Virus record (IMG/VR): IMGVR_UViG_3300031785_000048
Coordinates: 1 to 26,398 of that record
Length of the DNA: 26,398 nucleotides
Reading direction: 5' to 3' (one strand)
Source: a virus
Lineage: Duplodnaviria; Caudoviricetes
Shown here: in pieces, positions 9,912 through 19,563 of the stretch
How the letters are laid out: each line of letters opens with the position of its first letter
Numbering within the stretch: the first letter of the stretch is position 1
Position numbers and translations under genes: made by a program
The notes under the pieces: model-generated
What the model was told of the DNA's origin: nothing
What the model saw: only the letters and a program-made list of their open reading frames with translations
The model's database searches: none

Positions 9912-11489
9912 ATGTCGGCAATAATTACTGACCAATTCAGAATATTAAACGCGAACAATTTTATTGAGTCGGTAGCTAATACCAGTAACTCATACTATAT
10001 TACCGTGGGTTTAGCAAATCCAGCTGCTCCAGTTGGTTTTGGTAGAGTTGATAACTGGGATAGTGCAACACCTGACCCTACAGATAATTTTAGTTATATT
10101 AACCACGCACAAGATACTATTCTATTTGGTAAAAAACTAAGCACTTCTAATATTAGAAGATTAATAAGAAGAGTTGACTGGAAACGTGGAACCACGTATG
10201 AAATATTCAGACACGATTATAGTTCTGATAATAAGTCACCAGAAACTTCTTCTACAAGACTTTATGATGCAAAATATTATGTGATGAATAGCGATTTCAG
10301 AGTCTATGTTTGTATTAACAATGGTTCCTCTGGTATCAACACAACTGGTAAAGGTTCAGAAGATGAACCATTTTTCACTGATTTAGAACCATCTAAAGCA
10401 GGAGAGAGTGGAGATGGATATATTTGGAAGTATTTGTTTACTGTTGCACCAAGCGATATAATCAAATTTGACTCCACAGAATATATTTCTGTTCCAAACG
10501 ACTGGTCAACATCAACTGATTCTCAAATTCAAGCAGTTAGAGAGAACGGTAATTCAGATCTGAATGAAAACCAGATAAAACATATCTTTATTGAAGATCC
10601 TGGTGCAGGTTATGCAGGAGGAGAAGTTCCTATAGTTGGAGATGGTTCAGGTGCTAAAGCAGTTGTAACTGTTGATAGTTTAGGTAGAATAACAGATGCT
10701 GTTATTTCATCTGGTGGTAAAGGTTATACTTATGCAATGGTTGATTTGGGAACATTACAACCAGTTGGTAGTATACCTACTCCTGCTAAGTTGATTCCAA
10801 TTATTCCACCATCTAAAGGACATGGACATGATCTTTACAAGGAATTAGGAACTGATAGAGTTTTATTATATGCAAGATTTGATGATTCTGATAAAGATTT
10901 CCCAACAGATACTGCATTTGCTCAAATTTCTGTAGTTAAGAACCCTCTAAGAGTAAGTTCAACTAATGTATTTGATGATAACCAGTTCTGTGGTACAAAT
11001 GCTATTAAATTGTTAGATGATGGAACAATTACGGGAGAAAATTTCTTAACCATTGGTAAAAAGATAACTCAAAGTGTAACAGTAGATGGTAAATCTGTTA
11101 CTGCTGAAGGATATGTTGCATCTTATGATGAAACTACAAAAGTTATTAAGTTTTTCCAAGACAGATCTCAAAATTTCCACCCATCAACTTACGATCAACA
11201 AGATTATGTTGGTGTAAGTAGTGAAGGTAGAAGATATTCCTTTGATTCAGCTGGTCCAAAAGTTTTTACAGGCGATGGATTCTCTGGAAAAATAGATAAT
11301 GGATATACTGGTATTACCACAAACCCATCTGGTAATAAAAATATCAACCTTGGAGTTCAATTTACACAGGGACTTGCCGAACCTGAGATAAATAAAACGT
11401 CGGGTGATGTAATTTATTTGGATAATAGACCAGTAGTTACTAGAGATGCAAGGCAAAAAGAAGACATTAAGATTATTCTAGAGTTCTAA
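9912..11489 (+). CDS. gp8: Baseplate wedge subunit, T4 gp8-like (525 aa)
   Basis: MSAIITDQFRILNA start; RRVDWKRGTTY, YVMNSDFRVYVCINNG, GDGYIWKYLFT motifs; C-terminal SGDVIYLDNRPVVTRDARQKEDIKIILEF, all typical of gp8. Position after gp7. Confidence 0.92.
   Translation: MSAIITDQFRILNANNFIESVANTSNSYYITVGLANPAAPVGFGRVDNWDSATPDPTDNFSYINHAQDTILFGKKLSTSNIRRLIRRVDWKRGTTYEIFRHDYSSDNKSPETSSTRLYDAKYYVMNSDFRVYVCINNGSSGINTTGKGSEDEPFFTDLEPSKAGESGDGYIWKYLFTVAPSDIIKFDSTEYISVPNDWSTSTDSQIQAVRENGNSDLNENQIKHIFIEDPGAGYAGGEVPIVGDGSGAKAVVTVDSLGRITDAVISSGGKGYTYAMVDLGTLQPVGSIPTPAKLIPIIPPSKGHGHDLYKELGTDRVLLYARFDDSDKDFPTDTAFAQISVVKNPLRVSSTNVFDDNQFCGTNAIKLLDDGTITGENFLTIGKKITQSVTVDGKSVTAEGYVASYDETTKVIKFFQDRSQNFHPSTYDQQDYVGVSSEGRRYSFDSAGPKVFTGDGFSGKIDNGYTGITTNPSGNKNINLGVQFTQGLAEPEINKTSGDVIYLDNRPVVTRDARQKEDIKIILEF
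11387..11394 (+). promoter_or_regulatory. Putative late promoter GATAAATA embedded in the gp8 3' end
   Basis: NATAAATA match within codons E-I-N-K, about 100 nt upstream of the ATG at 11494. The 4-nt intergenic gap has no room for a promoter. Confidence 0.55.
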
Positions 11490-11493
11490 GAAG

Positions 11494-14400
11494 ATGCCAC
11501 AAAAGACCAATTTAAATATAAATCCATATTATGATGATTTCGATAAGGCGAATAATTTTTATCGAGTTCTGTTTAAACCTGGATATCCTATCCAAGCAAG
11601 GGAACTAACGACTTTACAATCAATACTGCAAAGTCAAATTGAATCATTCGGTAGCCATATTTTCAAAGAAGGATCTATGGTAATTCCTGGTGGAGTTACA
11701 TACGATAGATTTTATGAGGCAGTAAAAATAAATCCAACACACTTTGGATTAGATTTGAACATATATTTGGATAAATTTGTTGGCAAAAAAATATCTGGAG
11801 GAACTTCTGGTGTAACAGGAACTATTCAAAAAGTTGTATTCCCACCAACTGATGGAATAGAATTCCCAACACTCTACGTAAAATATCTTAATTCTAATAG
11901 AGATTTCCAATTCAGACCTTTCTCAGATGGAGAAACTCTAATTGCTGAAGATTCAGTAACTTATGGAAACACTACAATTAGTGCAGGAGATAGTTTTGCT
12001 TCTGTTATTGACTTAAATGCTACTGCTACCTCATCAGCAGTACATGTATCTAATGGAATATATTTCATTCGTGGTGTATTTGCAAGTGTTCAGACTGATA
12101 CAATTGTATTAGATCCATATAAAAATGACTCATCATACAGAGTTGGTCTAGTTGTAAATGAAGAATTAGTCTCCGCAGGAGATGAATCAAGTTTATATGA
12201 TAATGCTAGAGGTTTTTCTAACTTTGCTGCACCAGGTGCAGATAGATTAAAGATAACTGCAAAATTAGGTAAGAAAGCAATAACTGATTTTGATGATAAG
12301 AATTTTGTTGAATTAGTAAGAATCGTTAATGGAGAAATAAAGAAATTACAGGATAAGACAACATATTCTATAATTAGAGATTATTTTGCTAAGAGAACAT
12401 TTGATGAATCTGGAAACTATACAGTAAATGAATTTACAATTGATGTTGAAGAGTGTTTAAATGATAAGATATCAAACAACGGTATATACACAGCAGAACA
12501 AAAGACAGAACAACTTAATGATCCTAGTGAAGACTTAGTTTGTGCTAGAGTATCTTCAGGAACAGCATATGTTAGAGGATATGATGTTGATTTTCCTGGT
12601 AGCACAATCTTAGATCTTGATAAACCCAGAGATACAACTAAGATTTTAGGAGCATCTGTTCCATTTAAAATGGGCAATTTGCTGAAAGTTAACAATGTCC
12701 AAGGAAGTCCTGTAGTAGGAATCAATAATACCAACAATGTAGTCACCTTACAGAGTCGTAGAAAGAGCACTAGTGGTGGTCCTAATGGTGTAACTATAGG
12801 ACAAGCAAGAGTTTATAGTTTCTCATTAAATGATATTTCATACACTAATGATAGTTCTCAGTTCGATCTTTACTTATATGATGTTCAAACATATACAACT
12901 TTAACTCTAAGTGCTCCAGTTTCATCTGGATTCTGCCCTGCTTCATCTTATATAAAAGGTTTAAGTAGTGGTGCTACAGGTTATGTTGTCAGTTCTCCTG
13001 GTGCATCTAGTTTAGAGATAATAGTAACTCAAACTTCTGGAGAATTTATTGTCGGAGAGCAAATTTCTTTCAATGAAGGTACAGAATATATTCGTTCAAT
13101 TACTGCTGTTGATGCAAAAAATATAAAAGATATTAAATCAGTCTATCAAACTGCAAGTGCAGGTGGTATAACTACTGATTTCTCAGGAGACACAGTTCTT
13201 GAGAGTATAACTCCAAGAAACTTTAAGATTACAGATAAAATTTCAATTTCCCCAACAGGAATCGCATCCTGTGCAGGAAAAACATTTAGTGGAATATCAA
13301 CTAACACAATAATTCGTTATCAAAGAGATGCCTTTACAACAGAAACATTTGCTAGAGTAGTAGGAGTATCAAGCGATCTACAATTCTTAACTCTAACTGG
13401 TGTTGCTACAGTAACTGGAGTTAATGATGGTGGAGTTGTTGGTATTGATACAGTTACAACTACATTTACAGTAGGAGAACCAAGAATTAGAAATGAGAGA
13501 GATGCTTTCTTATACTCTAAACTATCATCTCCAAATGTTGCATCTCTAGACTTGAGTGATTCTACACTTACAATTGTTCATCAAGAAACAGGAAAATCAA
13601 CAAGTGCTCTTGGTGAATTAAGTTTGAATACTGCTAATATAGGTTTCTCAAGTGCTTTCTTTGAACCATTTGAAAGTAAGTCTTACAGTATTGCTTACAC
13701 TGATGGTACATTTGAACCTCTAGACTCATCACAAGTTACCTTTGGATCAAATGGTACTACAGTTAATTTCAGTGGTCTTAGAGGGGGACAATCTGATGTT
13801 ACAGTTAACACAACTATTAAGAGACAGGGTATAGTTAGTAAGCAAAAAACTTATGATAGAAGTCATCAAATTGTTATAGATAAGTCTGTTTCTGGAATCA
13901 GTACATCAGTAACTGGATTATCTACTACTTTCTATTATGGTTTAAGAGTAGAAGATAGAGAAATATCTTTAAACACACCCGATGTAGTAAAAGTATTAAA
14001 GGTATATGAGTCTTTAAATAAATTAACTCCAACTTTAAACACACTTCAGTTTGTTAGTGGTTTAGGATTGGATGTAAATGCAATTATTGGAGAAAAAATA
14101 ATTGGTAAGAAGAGTAATGCTGTAGCACAAATAGTAACTAAACCTTCTGCAACTGAGATTGGATATGTTCCTTTAAACGCAAATAATTTCCAAGTTGGAG
14201 AAACTGTTACTTTTGAAGAATCTTCAATCGTAACTTCAGTACAATCCATGACACAAGGTAGTTATCTTGATATTACAGATAGATTTACTCTTGATAGTGG
14301 ACAGAAAGAGCAATATTATGATTACTCAAAACTTGTAAGAAATAATCAAGCACTTGCACCTTCTAAAAAATTATTAGTAATCTGCAACAGATATGTTGTT

Positions 14401-17400
14401 CCTGCAAATGATAATGGAGATTTCTATACTGTTAACTCTTATGATAAAGAGAGATATAGTAAAGAAATACCATCATTAAAAGATGGAACTAGACTAACAG
14501 ACATTCTTGATTTTAGACCAAGAGTTGCTGATTTCAGCACTTTCATACCTAGCACATCTCCTTTTGATTTTGCAAGTCGTGCATTTGGATCAAGTAGTGT
14601 AAATACAACCTTAGTTTCTGCACCAAATGAAAGTTCAGTATTAGGTGTTGAATATTACTTAGGTAGAATTGATAAAATTATTTTAGATATTGAGGGTAAT
14701 ATTTCAGTTGTTAAAGGAACATCTGCTCAAAATCCAAAAGAACCTACAAGTATTGATGATACGATGACTCTTGCAGTTATCAAATTCCCACCTTATCTCT
14801 TCAATCCTGATGATGCAGAAGTAAGTGTAATTGATAATAAGAGATTTACCATGAAAGATATTGGTGAATTAGAAGATAGAATTGATACATTAGAAACTGT
14901 AACTTCATTAAGTTTACTCGAATTAAATACTCAAACTTTACAAATTCAAGATGCTCAAGGTTTGAATAGATTTAAGTCTGGATTCTTTGTTGACGATTTT
15001 GCGGATAATCGCAGAATGGAATTAAGTAATTTTGATGCAAAAGCAGACATAGATGCACGTAGGAGAGAATTGTTAACACCAATAGATGTTTATTCTCTAG
15101 AATTAGAACCTGCATACTCAACTAGTGTTAATACATTTAATGATGATCTTAGTCAAGATTTAACTTTACTTGATACTAACGTACAGAAAACAGGAGATTT
15201 AATTACATTAAGATATGATGAAACTAGTTGGTTAGAACAACCTTTAGCATCTAGATCAGAAAATGTAAACCCATTTAATATGATCGAGTTTGTTGGAAGA
15301 ATTGTTATGACTCCTGCAACTGATAACTGGACAAGAACTGTTATTATACCTGGCGGAGAAAGAAGACAAACTGGAAATACAGCAAGAACATTTACTGAAG
15401 ATATTCTAATCAGTAGCGAACCAGACACATTTATGCGTTCAAGAAATGTTCAGTTCCAAGCTGGTGGTTTAAGACCTGTTTCAAGGTTCTATCCATTTAT
15501 GGATGGAATATCAGGTATAGATGTTATACCAAAACTTATTGAAGTTTCAATGGTATCTGGAACATTTAATGTTGGAGAAAATGTAGAAGGATTTGTTGGA
15601 TCAGATAAATTAATAACATTTAGAACTGCACAACCAAACCATAAAGATGGTCCTTATAATGCACCAGATGTAACATATAATGCAAATCCATACAATACTT
15701 CAGCACAATTAACTACTCAGTATTCTGCATCAGGAACAGTTGTAAACGTTGATACACGCTCTCTATCAAATAATGCACAAGGAACATACTTTGGTTACAT
15801 AACAACAGGAATGAGTCTTGTAGGGGCAGATAGCGGTGCTACAGCAACTGTTACAGATGTAAGGTTAATTACTGATACATTTGGAGATTTAATTGGATCA
15901 TTCTTCATTAGAGATCCTAATACAAATCCACCACCTACAGTTAGAATTAAGGCAGGAGATAGAACATTCAGAGTAACTACAAGTGAATCTGATGCTGAAC
16001 AATTACCTGGTAGTATATCAATCAGTCATGGAGAAGGAAGATACGCTGCAACAGGAATAGTTGAAACCTTTAGACAAGATACTGTCGTTCAAACAGTCCG
16101 TCAACGTCGTAGAAGGAGAAGAAGGGGTGGTAAAGATCCTTTAGCACAATCATTTACTGTGGATGAAACAGGAGCATTCCTAACATCTGTAGACCTTTAC
16201 TTCTCATTAAAAGATGAGAATGAAAAAGTATTTGTTGAAGTTAGAGAAGTCGAACTTGGAACTCCAACAGATAGATTAGTTCATGATTATGCAAGAGCAG
16301 TTTTATATCCATCTGATATAACAACTTCTACAGATGCTTCTGTTGCAACAAATGTTAAATTCCCATCTCCAATCTACTTACAACAGAATAGAGAATATGC
16401 AATAGTTCTTCTTGCACCTACTACAAATAACTATGAAGTCTGGATTGCTCAGATGGGAGAGAGAACTGTAAATGGACAAAATCTACCTGATGCTGAAGCA
16501 GTTATAGTAACCAAGCAGTATATTGGTGGTAGTTTATTCAAGTCTCAAAACGGAACTATCTGGACTCCAAGTCAGTTTGAAGATATGAAGTTCAAACTTT
16601 ACAAAGCAAACTTCATTCCAGAGGCAGGAACAGCATTCTTCTATAATCCATCTCTAGACACTGTAAATGAGAACGTACCTAGATTACAACCAGATGCGGT
16701 TAAAGTTTATCCTAGAAAGATTGATGTAGGTATTACAAGTTCAACACTCGGTTTAGTTGTAGATCGTTTAGTACCAGGCACAAGAGTTAAGCAAAGTGCA
16801 TCTCTTACAAATGGTTATATTGAAAATGTAGGTGGTGGTGTTTCCTTTACAGGTATTACTACAGCAAATGTAGGTGCTGCATATTCTGCAGGAACATATA
16901 CGAATGTAAACTTATATCCAATTACGGGTAGAGGTAGAAACTTAATGGCAGAGACAGTTACATTTAAGGCAGATGGAACCTTAGATGGAATTATTCTCAA
17001 CACATTAGGTATTGAAACAGGAAACGGTTGGTCAGTTGGAGATGTTATTGGAATTACAACTGCTGATGTAGGAAATAAAGGTTCTGGAGCAAGAATGACT
17101 ATTAGGGATACAATCAACGTTGATACCCTATATCTAACAAATGTTCAAGGAGATAACTTTACTGTTGGTGGAAACTTACAAATTTATGTAAATGATACTG
17201 TAGGAGTTTCATTAGCAAGTACTGTAGTTACAAGTTCTACTGCTGTTGGTGGTAAATTTGCAGGTAACGTTGTTGAATTCAATCATTATAATCATGGTAT
17301 GAGTGCAGATAACAACGTAGTTGATATTCAAGGAATTGCACCAGATACTGTACCTACAACTCTTTCAGTTGATCTTGATATAACAGATACACAAATATCT

Positions 17401-18585
17401 CTTGCAGATACGACTTCATATTCAACATTTGAAGGTATTACAACTGCTTCAGGATATTTGAAAGTAAATAATGAAATCATTTACTATAACAGTATTGGAA
17501 GTGGAATACTTGGAATCTCAACTCGTGGTGTTGGTGGAACTGCGATACAAAAACACTTTACAAATGATCCAGTTTACAAATATGAAGTTGCAGACGTTTC
17601 TTTGATTAGAATCAATGCTCAACACGATATGGCAGCAGGTCTATCTAACTTGAGAGATATTGACACTTACCACATAGAATTTAACAGAGGTGGTAGATCA
17701 AGTGGAGAAAGCATGATTAACTTCAGAGATGAAGCAAATGTTGGTGGAAAGAATATTAGGGCATCTAGAAACGTTCAATTTAATATGATGCAACCACAAT
17801 TTGATATTATTACACCTGGTAGATCATCTAGTGTTACTGGAACAGTTAGAACTGTTAGTGGAACAAGTGCAGGTGGTGCAGAACCATCATTCATAGATCA
17901 AGGTTTTGAAGCAGTTCAGATAAATGATGTAAACGAACTTTCTACTACAAGATTAGTTTGTTCTCAAATAAATGAAACTACTAGATTAACTGCTTTACCT
18001 AAGAATCGTTCTCTAACTGTTGGAGTTTCTATGTCTAGAGATCCACAAGATCCTAACTTATCTCCTGCAATTGATACTCAAACTGCATTTGCAATCTTTG
18101 GAAGAAATCGTTTGAATAAACCAATTACAGATTATGTAAATGATTCTAGATCAAATCAACTTAGTGGAGATCCACATTCAGCAGTTTATATTACTAATAG
18201 AGTAACTCTTGAGCAACCTGCAACTTCTCTTAAAGTATTTGTTGGTGCATATAAAGATGCATCTGCCGACTTTAGAGTAATGTATAGATTATTCAAGGCA
18301 GACTCTAGTGAAGTGGAACAAGCATACGTGCTATTTCCTGGTTATGATAATATGAATGATACAGATCAAGATGGATTTGGAGATACTGTGGTTGATGCTT
18401 CTAAAAACAGTGGAAGAGCAGACGCACTTGTTGCTCCAAGTAATATTGATGAGTTCAATGAATATCAATTTAGTATTGAGAATCTTGAACAATTTACAGG
18501 ATATCAAATCAAGTTGGTTATGAGTGGTACGAATGAAGCAAGAGCACCTAGATTTAAAGACCTCCGTGCAATCGCGTTAGCATAA
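11494..18585 (+). CDS. Large virion/tail protein, VrlC-like (DUF4815-like), 2363 aa
   Basis: MPQKTNLNINPYYDDFD...FYRVLFKPGYPIQARELTTLQSILQ, APGADRLKI, KRTFDESGNY, DFRPRV, RFKSGFFVDDF, DPLAQSF, GSLFKSQN and C-terminal PRFKDLRAIALA. These motifs are recalled from the cyanophage VrlC-like structural protein that follows gp8. Confidence 0.85.
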   Translation: MPQKTNLNINPYYDDFDKANNFYRVLFKPGYPIQARELTTLQSILQSQIESFGSHIFKEGSMVIPGGVTYDRFYEAVKINPTHFGLDLNIYLDKFVGKKISGGTSGVTGTIQKVVFPPTDGIEFPTLYVKYLNSNRDFQFRPFSDGETLIAEDSVTYGNTTISAGDSFASVIDLNATATSSAVHVSNGIYFIRGVFASVQTDTIVLDPYKNDSSYRVGLVVNEELVSAGDESSLYDNARGFSNFAAPGADRLKITAKLGKKAITDFDDKNFVELVRIVNGEIKKLQDKTTYSIIRDYFAKRTFDESGNYTVNEFTIDVEECLNDKISNNGIYTAEQKTEQLNDPSEDLVCARVSSGTAYVRGYDVDFPGSTILDLDKPRDTTKILGASVPFKMGNLLKVNNVQGSPVVGINNTNNVVTLQSRRKSTSGGPNGVTIGQARVYSFSLNDISYTNDSSQFDLYLYDVQTYTTLTLSAPVSSGFCPASSYIKGLSSGATGYVVSSPGASSLEIIVTQTSGEFIVGEQISFNEGTEYIRSITAVDAKNIKDIKSVYQTASAGGITTDFSGDTVLESITPRNFKITDKISISPTGIASCAGKTFSGISTNTIIRYQRDAFTTETFARVVGVSSDLQFLTLTGVATVTGVNDGGVVGIDTVTTTFTVGEPRIRNERDAFLYSKLSSPNVASLDLSDSTLTIVHQETGKSTSALGELSLNTANIGFSSAFFEPFESKSYSIAYTDGTFEPLDSSQVTFGSNGTTVNFSGLRGGQSDVTVNTTIKRQGIVSKQKTYDRSHQIVIDKSVSGISTSVTGLSTTFYYGLRVEDREISLNTPDVVKVLKVYESLNKLTPTLNTLQFVSGLGLDVNAIIGEKIIGKKSNAVAQIVTKPSATEIGYVPLNANNFQVGETVTFEESSIVTSVQSMTQGSYLDITDRFTLDSGQKEQYYDYSKLVRNNQALAPSKKLLVICNRYVVPANDNGDFYTVNSYDKERYSKEIPSLKDGTRLTDILDFRPRVADFSTFIPSTSPFDFASRAFGSSSVNTTLVSAPNESSVLGVEYYLGRIDKIILDIEGNISVVKGTSAQNPKEPTSIDDTMTLAVIKFPPYLFNPDDAEVSVIDNKRFTMKDIGELEDRIDTLETVTSLSLLELNTQTLQIQDAQGLNRFKSGFFVDDFADNRRMELSNFDAKADIDARRRELLTPIDVYSLELEPAYSTSVNTFNDDLSQDLTLLDTNVQKTGDLITLRYDETSWLEQPLASRSENVNPFNMIEFVGRIVMTPATDNWTRTVIIPGGERRQTGNTARTFTEDILISSEPDTFMRSRNVQFQAGGLRPVSRFYPFMDGISGIDVIPKLIEVSMVSGTFNVGENVEGFVGSDKLITFRTAQPNHKDGPYNAPDVTYNANPYNTSAQLTTQYSASGTVVNVDTRSLSNNAQGTYFGYITTGMSLVGADSGATATVTDVRLITDTFGDLIGSFFIRDPNTNPPPTVRIKAGDRTFRVTTSESDAEQLPGSISISHGEGRYAATGIVETFRQDTVVQTVRQRRRRRRRGGKDPLAQSFTVDETGAFLTSVDLYFSLKDENEKVFVEVREVELGTPTDRLVHDYARAVLYPSDITTSTDASVATNVKFPSPIYLQQNREYAIVLLAPTTNNYEVWIAQMGERTVNGQNLPDAEAVIVTKQYIGGSLFKSQNGTIWTPSQFEDMKFKLYKANFIPEAGTAFFYNPSLDTVNENVPRLQPDAVKVYPRKIDVGITSSTLGLVVDRLVPGTRVKQSASLTNGYIENVGGGVSFTGITTANVGAAYSAGTYTNVNLYPITGRGRNLMAETVTFKADGTLDGIILNTLGIETGNGWSVGDVIGITTADVGNKGSGARMTIRDTINVDTLYLTNVQGDNFTVGGNLQIYVNDTVGVSLASTVVTSSTAVGGKFAGNVVEFNHYNHGMSADNNVVDIQGIAPDTVPTTLSVDLDITDTQISLADTTSYSTFEGITTASGYLKVNNEIIYYNSIGSGILGISTRGVGGTAIQKHFTNDPVYKYEVADVSLIRINAQHDMAAGLSNLRDIDTYHIEFNRGGRSSGESMINFRDEANVGGKNIRASRNVQFNMMQPQFDIITPGRSSSVTGTVRTVSGTSAGGAEPSFIDQGFEAVQINDVNELSTTRLVCSQINETTRLTALPKNRSLTVGVSMSRDPQDPNLSPAIDTQTAFAIFGRNRLNKPITDYVNDSRSNQLSGDPHSAVYITNRVTLEQPATSLKVFVGAYKDASADFRVMYRLFKADSSEVEQAYVLFPGYDNMNDTDQDGFGDTVVDASKNSGRADALVAPSNIDEFNEYQFSIENLEQFTGYQIKLVMSGTNEARAPRFKDLRAIALA

Positions 18586-18788
18586 TGTCAGATTTAATTA
18601 GAGTTGAAGGTGAGAAGAATTTGTATAGAGAAGCAAGTTCAGGTGCCATCGTAAATAAGGATACACAGGGGTATTCACAATATCTTTCTGAAAGAGAAAG
18701 AAGGATAAAAGATAAGAAAGAACTTGAAGACGTAAAGAATGAATTGAGTGAAATTAAAAAACTACTTATTGAATTGACTAAAAACTAA
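18585..18788 (+). CDS. Small conserved T4-like cyanophage protein (67 aa) with C-terminal coiled coil
   Basis: TAATG stop/start overlap with the upstream gene; RVEGEKNLYREASSGAIVN motif; heptad tail ELEDVKNELSEIKKLL. Confidence 0.8.
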   Translation: MSDLIRVEGEKNLYREASSGAIVNKDTQGYSQYLSERERRIKDKKELEDVKNELSEIKKLLIELTKN

Positions 18789-18791
18789 ATA
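18784..18791 (+). promoter_or_regulatory. Putative late promoter variant ACTAAATA
   Basis: Overlaps the stop codon of the 67-aa gene, 33 nt before the ATG at 18825. CTAAATA is a variant of the late box. Confidence 0.55.
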
Positions 18792-18824
18792 ATTATAACT
18801 AGAAATTATATTTGAGCATTATTA

Positions 18825-19169
18825 ATGGCAGTCTATGTTGCTAATCTCCAAGTTAATCAAGGAACTGATTTTAGTCAGACATTTAACCTTGCTAATACAA
18901 TAGGAGATACCTCCTTTAATTTAACTGGATATACAATAGCCGCTAAGATGAAAAAGCATGCAGGTGCTGCTGATTCTTCAGCAACTTCTTTTACTGCTTC
19001 TATTGATAATGCTGCTAATGGAACAATCTCTCTTGCACTAACTGATACACAAACATCAGCATTAAAAGCAGGAAGACACGTTTATGATATTGTTATAACA
19101 AACACCTCATCAACTCTAAAAACAAGAGTTATTGAGGGGAGTGTATTAGTAAGAGAAGGAGTAACTTAA
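18825..19169 (+). CDS. Putative virion adaptor, BppU-N/Ig-like beta-sandwich protein (114 aa)
   Basis: Pattern QGTDFSQTF...NLTGY...GTISLALTDTQTSALKAGRHVYDIVI...RVIEGSVLV resembles phage fibre-attachment (BppU N-terminal-like) domains. Upstream late promoter box. Confidence 0.65.
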   Translation: MAVYVANLQVNQGTDFSQTFNLANTIGDTSFNLTGYTIAAKMKKHAGAADSSATSFTASIDNAANGTISLALTDTQTSALKAGRHVYDIVITNTSSTLKTRVIEGSVLVREGVT

Positions 19170-19487
19170 ATGGCGAGTATCAGAGCAAGGGTTGGAGCAA
19201 CTAATGCTGTAAAGGTTATTGCATCAAATTCATTATCTGGTTCAGGAAGTAAACTATCAGATATATCTGATGTAGATACAAGCACTCAGTCCCATAGATT
19301 CCTAATGACTTACAATGCCAATACCCAAAAATACGAATTTGTAGATCCAGATGTTATTTTAATAGCAGCTGCTTCCACTGTTGGAACAGTGGTTGGAACA
19401 CCAGGATTACCAGATTCATTCATAGACGCACTAGATACAGATCCTAATAGGAGTGCTAATGTTGATATGGATGGAGGGGTTTGGTAG
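19170..19487 (+). CDS. Small fibre-associated protein (105 aa)
   Basis: ATG directly after the upstream TAA, with an AAGGAG Shine-Dalgarno. LSDISDVD...LMTYNANTQKYE is a tail-fibre-type segment. Ends in DGGVW. Confidence 0.75.
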   Translation: MASIRARVGATNAVKVIASNSLSGSGSKLSDISDVDTSTQSHRFLMTYNANTQKYEFVDPDVILIAAASTVGTVVGTPGLPDSFIDALDTDPNRSANVDMDGGVW

Positions 19488-19494
19488 ATTAAAT

Positions 19495-19502
19495 TATAAA
19501 TA
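19495..19502 (+). promoter_or_regulatory. T4 late promoter TATAAATA
   Basis: Exact T4 late consensus in the intergenic region upstream of the fibre gene at 19564. Confidence 0.85.
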
Positions 19503-19563
19503 CATCTTAGATTAAATGAATAAAGTGAAATAAAGACTATTCTCAACGCGAGGGCATAATTAA

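Noticed and set aside
11494-18585. Virulence function implied by the name VrlC
   Set aside because: The name comes from a phage-related locus in Dichelobacter; context here indicates a virion structural protein.
19540-19556. Possible hairpin TCTC-AACGC-GAGG covering the Shine-Dalgarno of the fibre gene
   Set aside because: Only a 3-4 bp stem; too weak to support.
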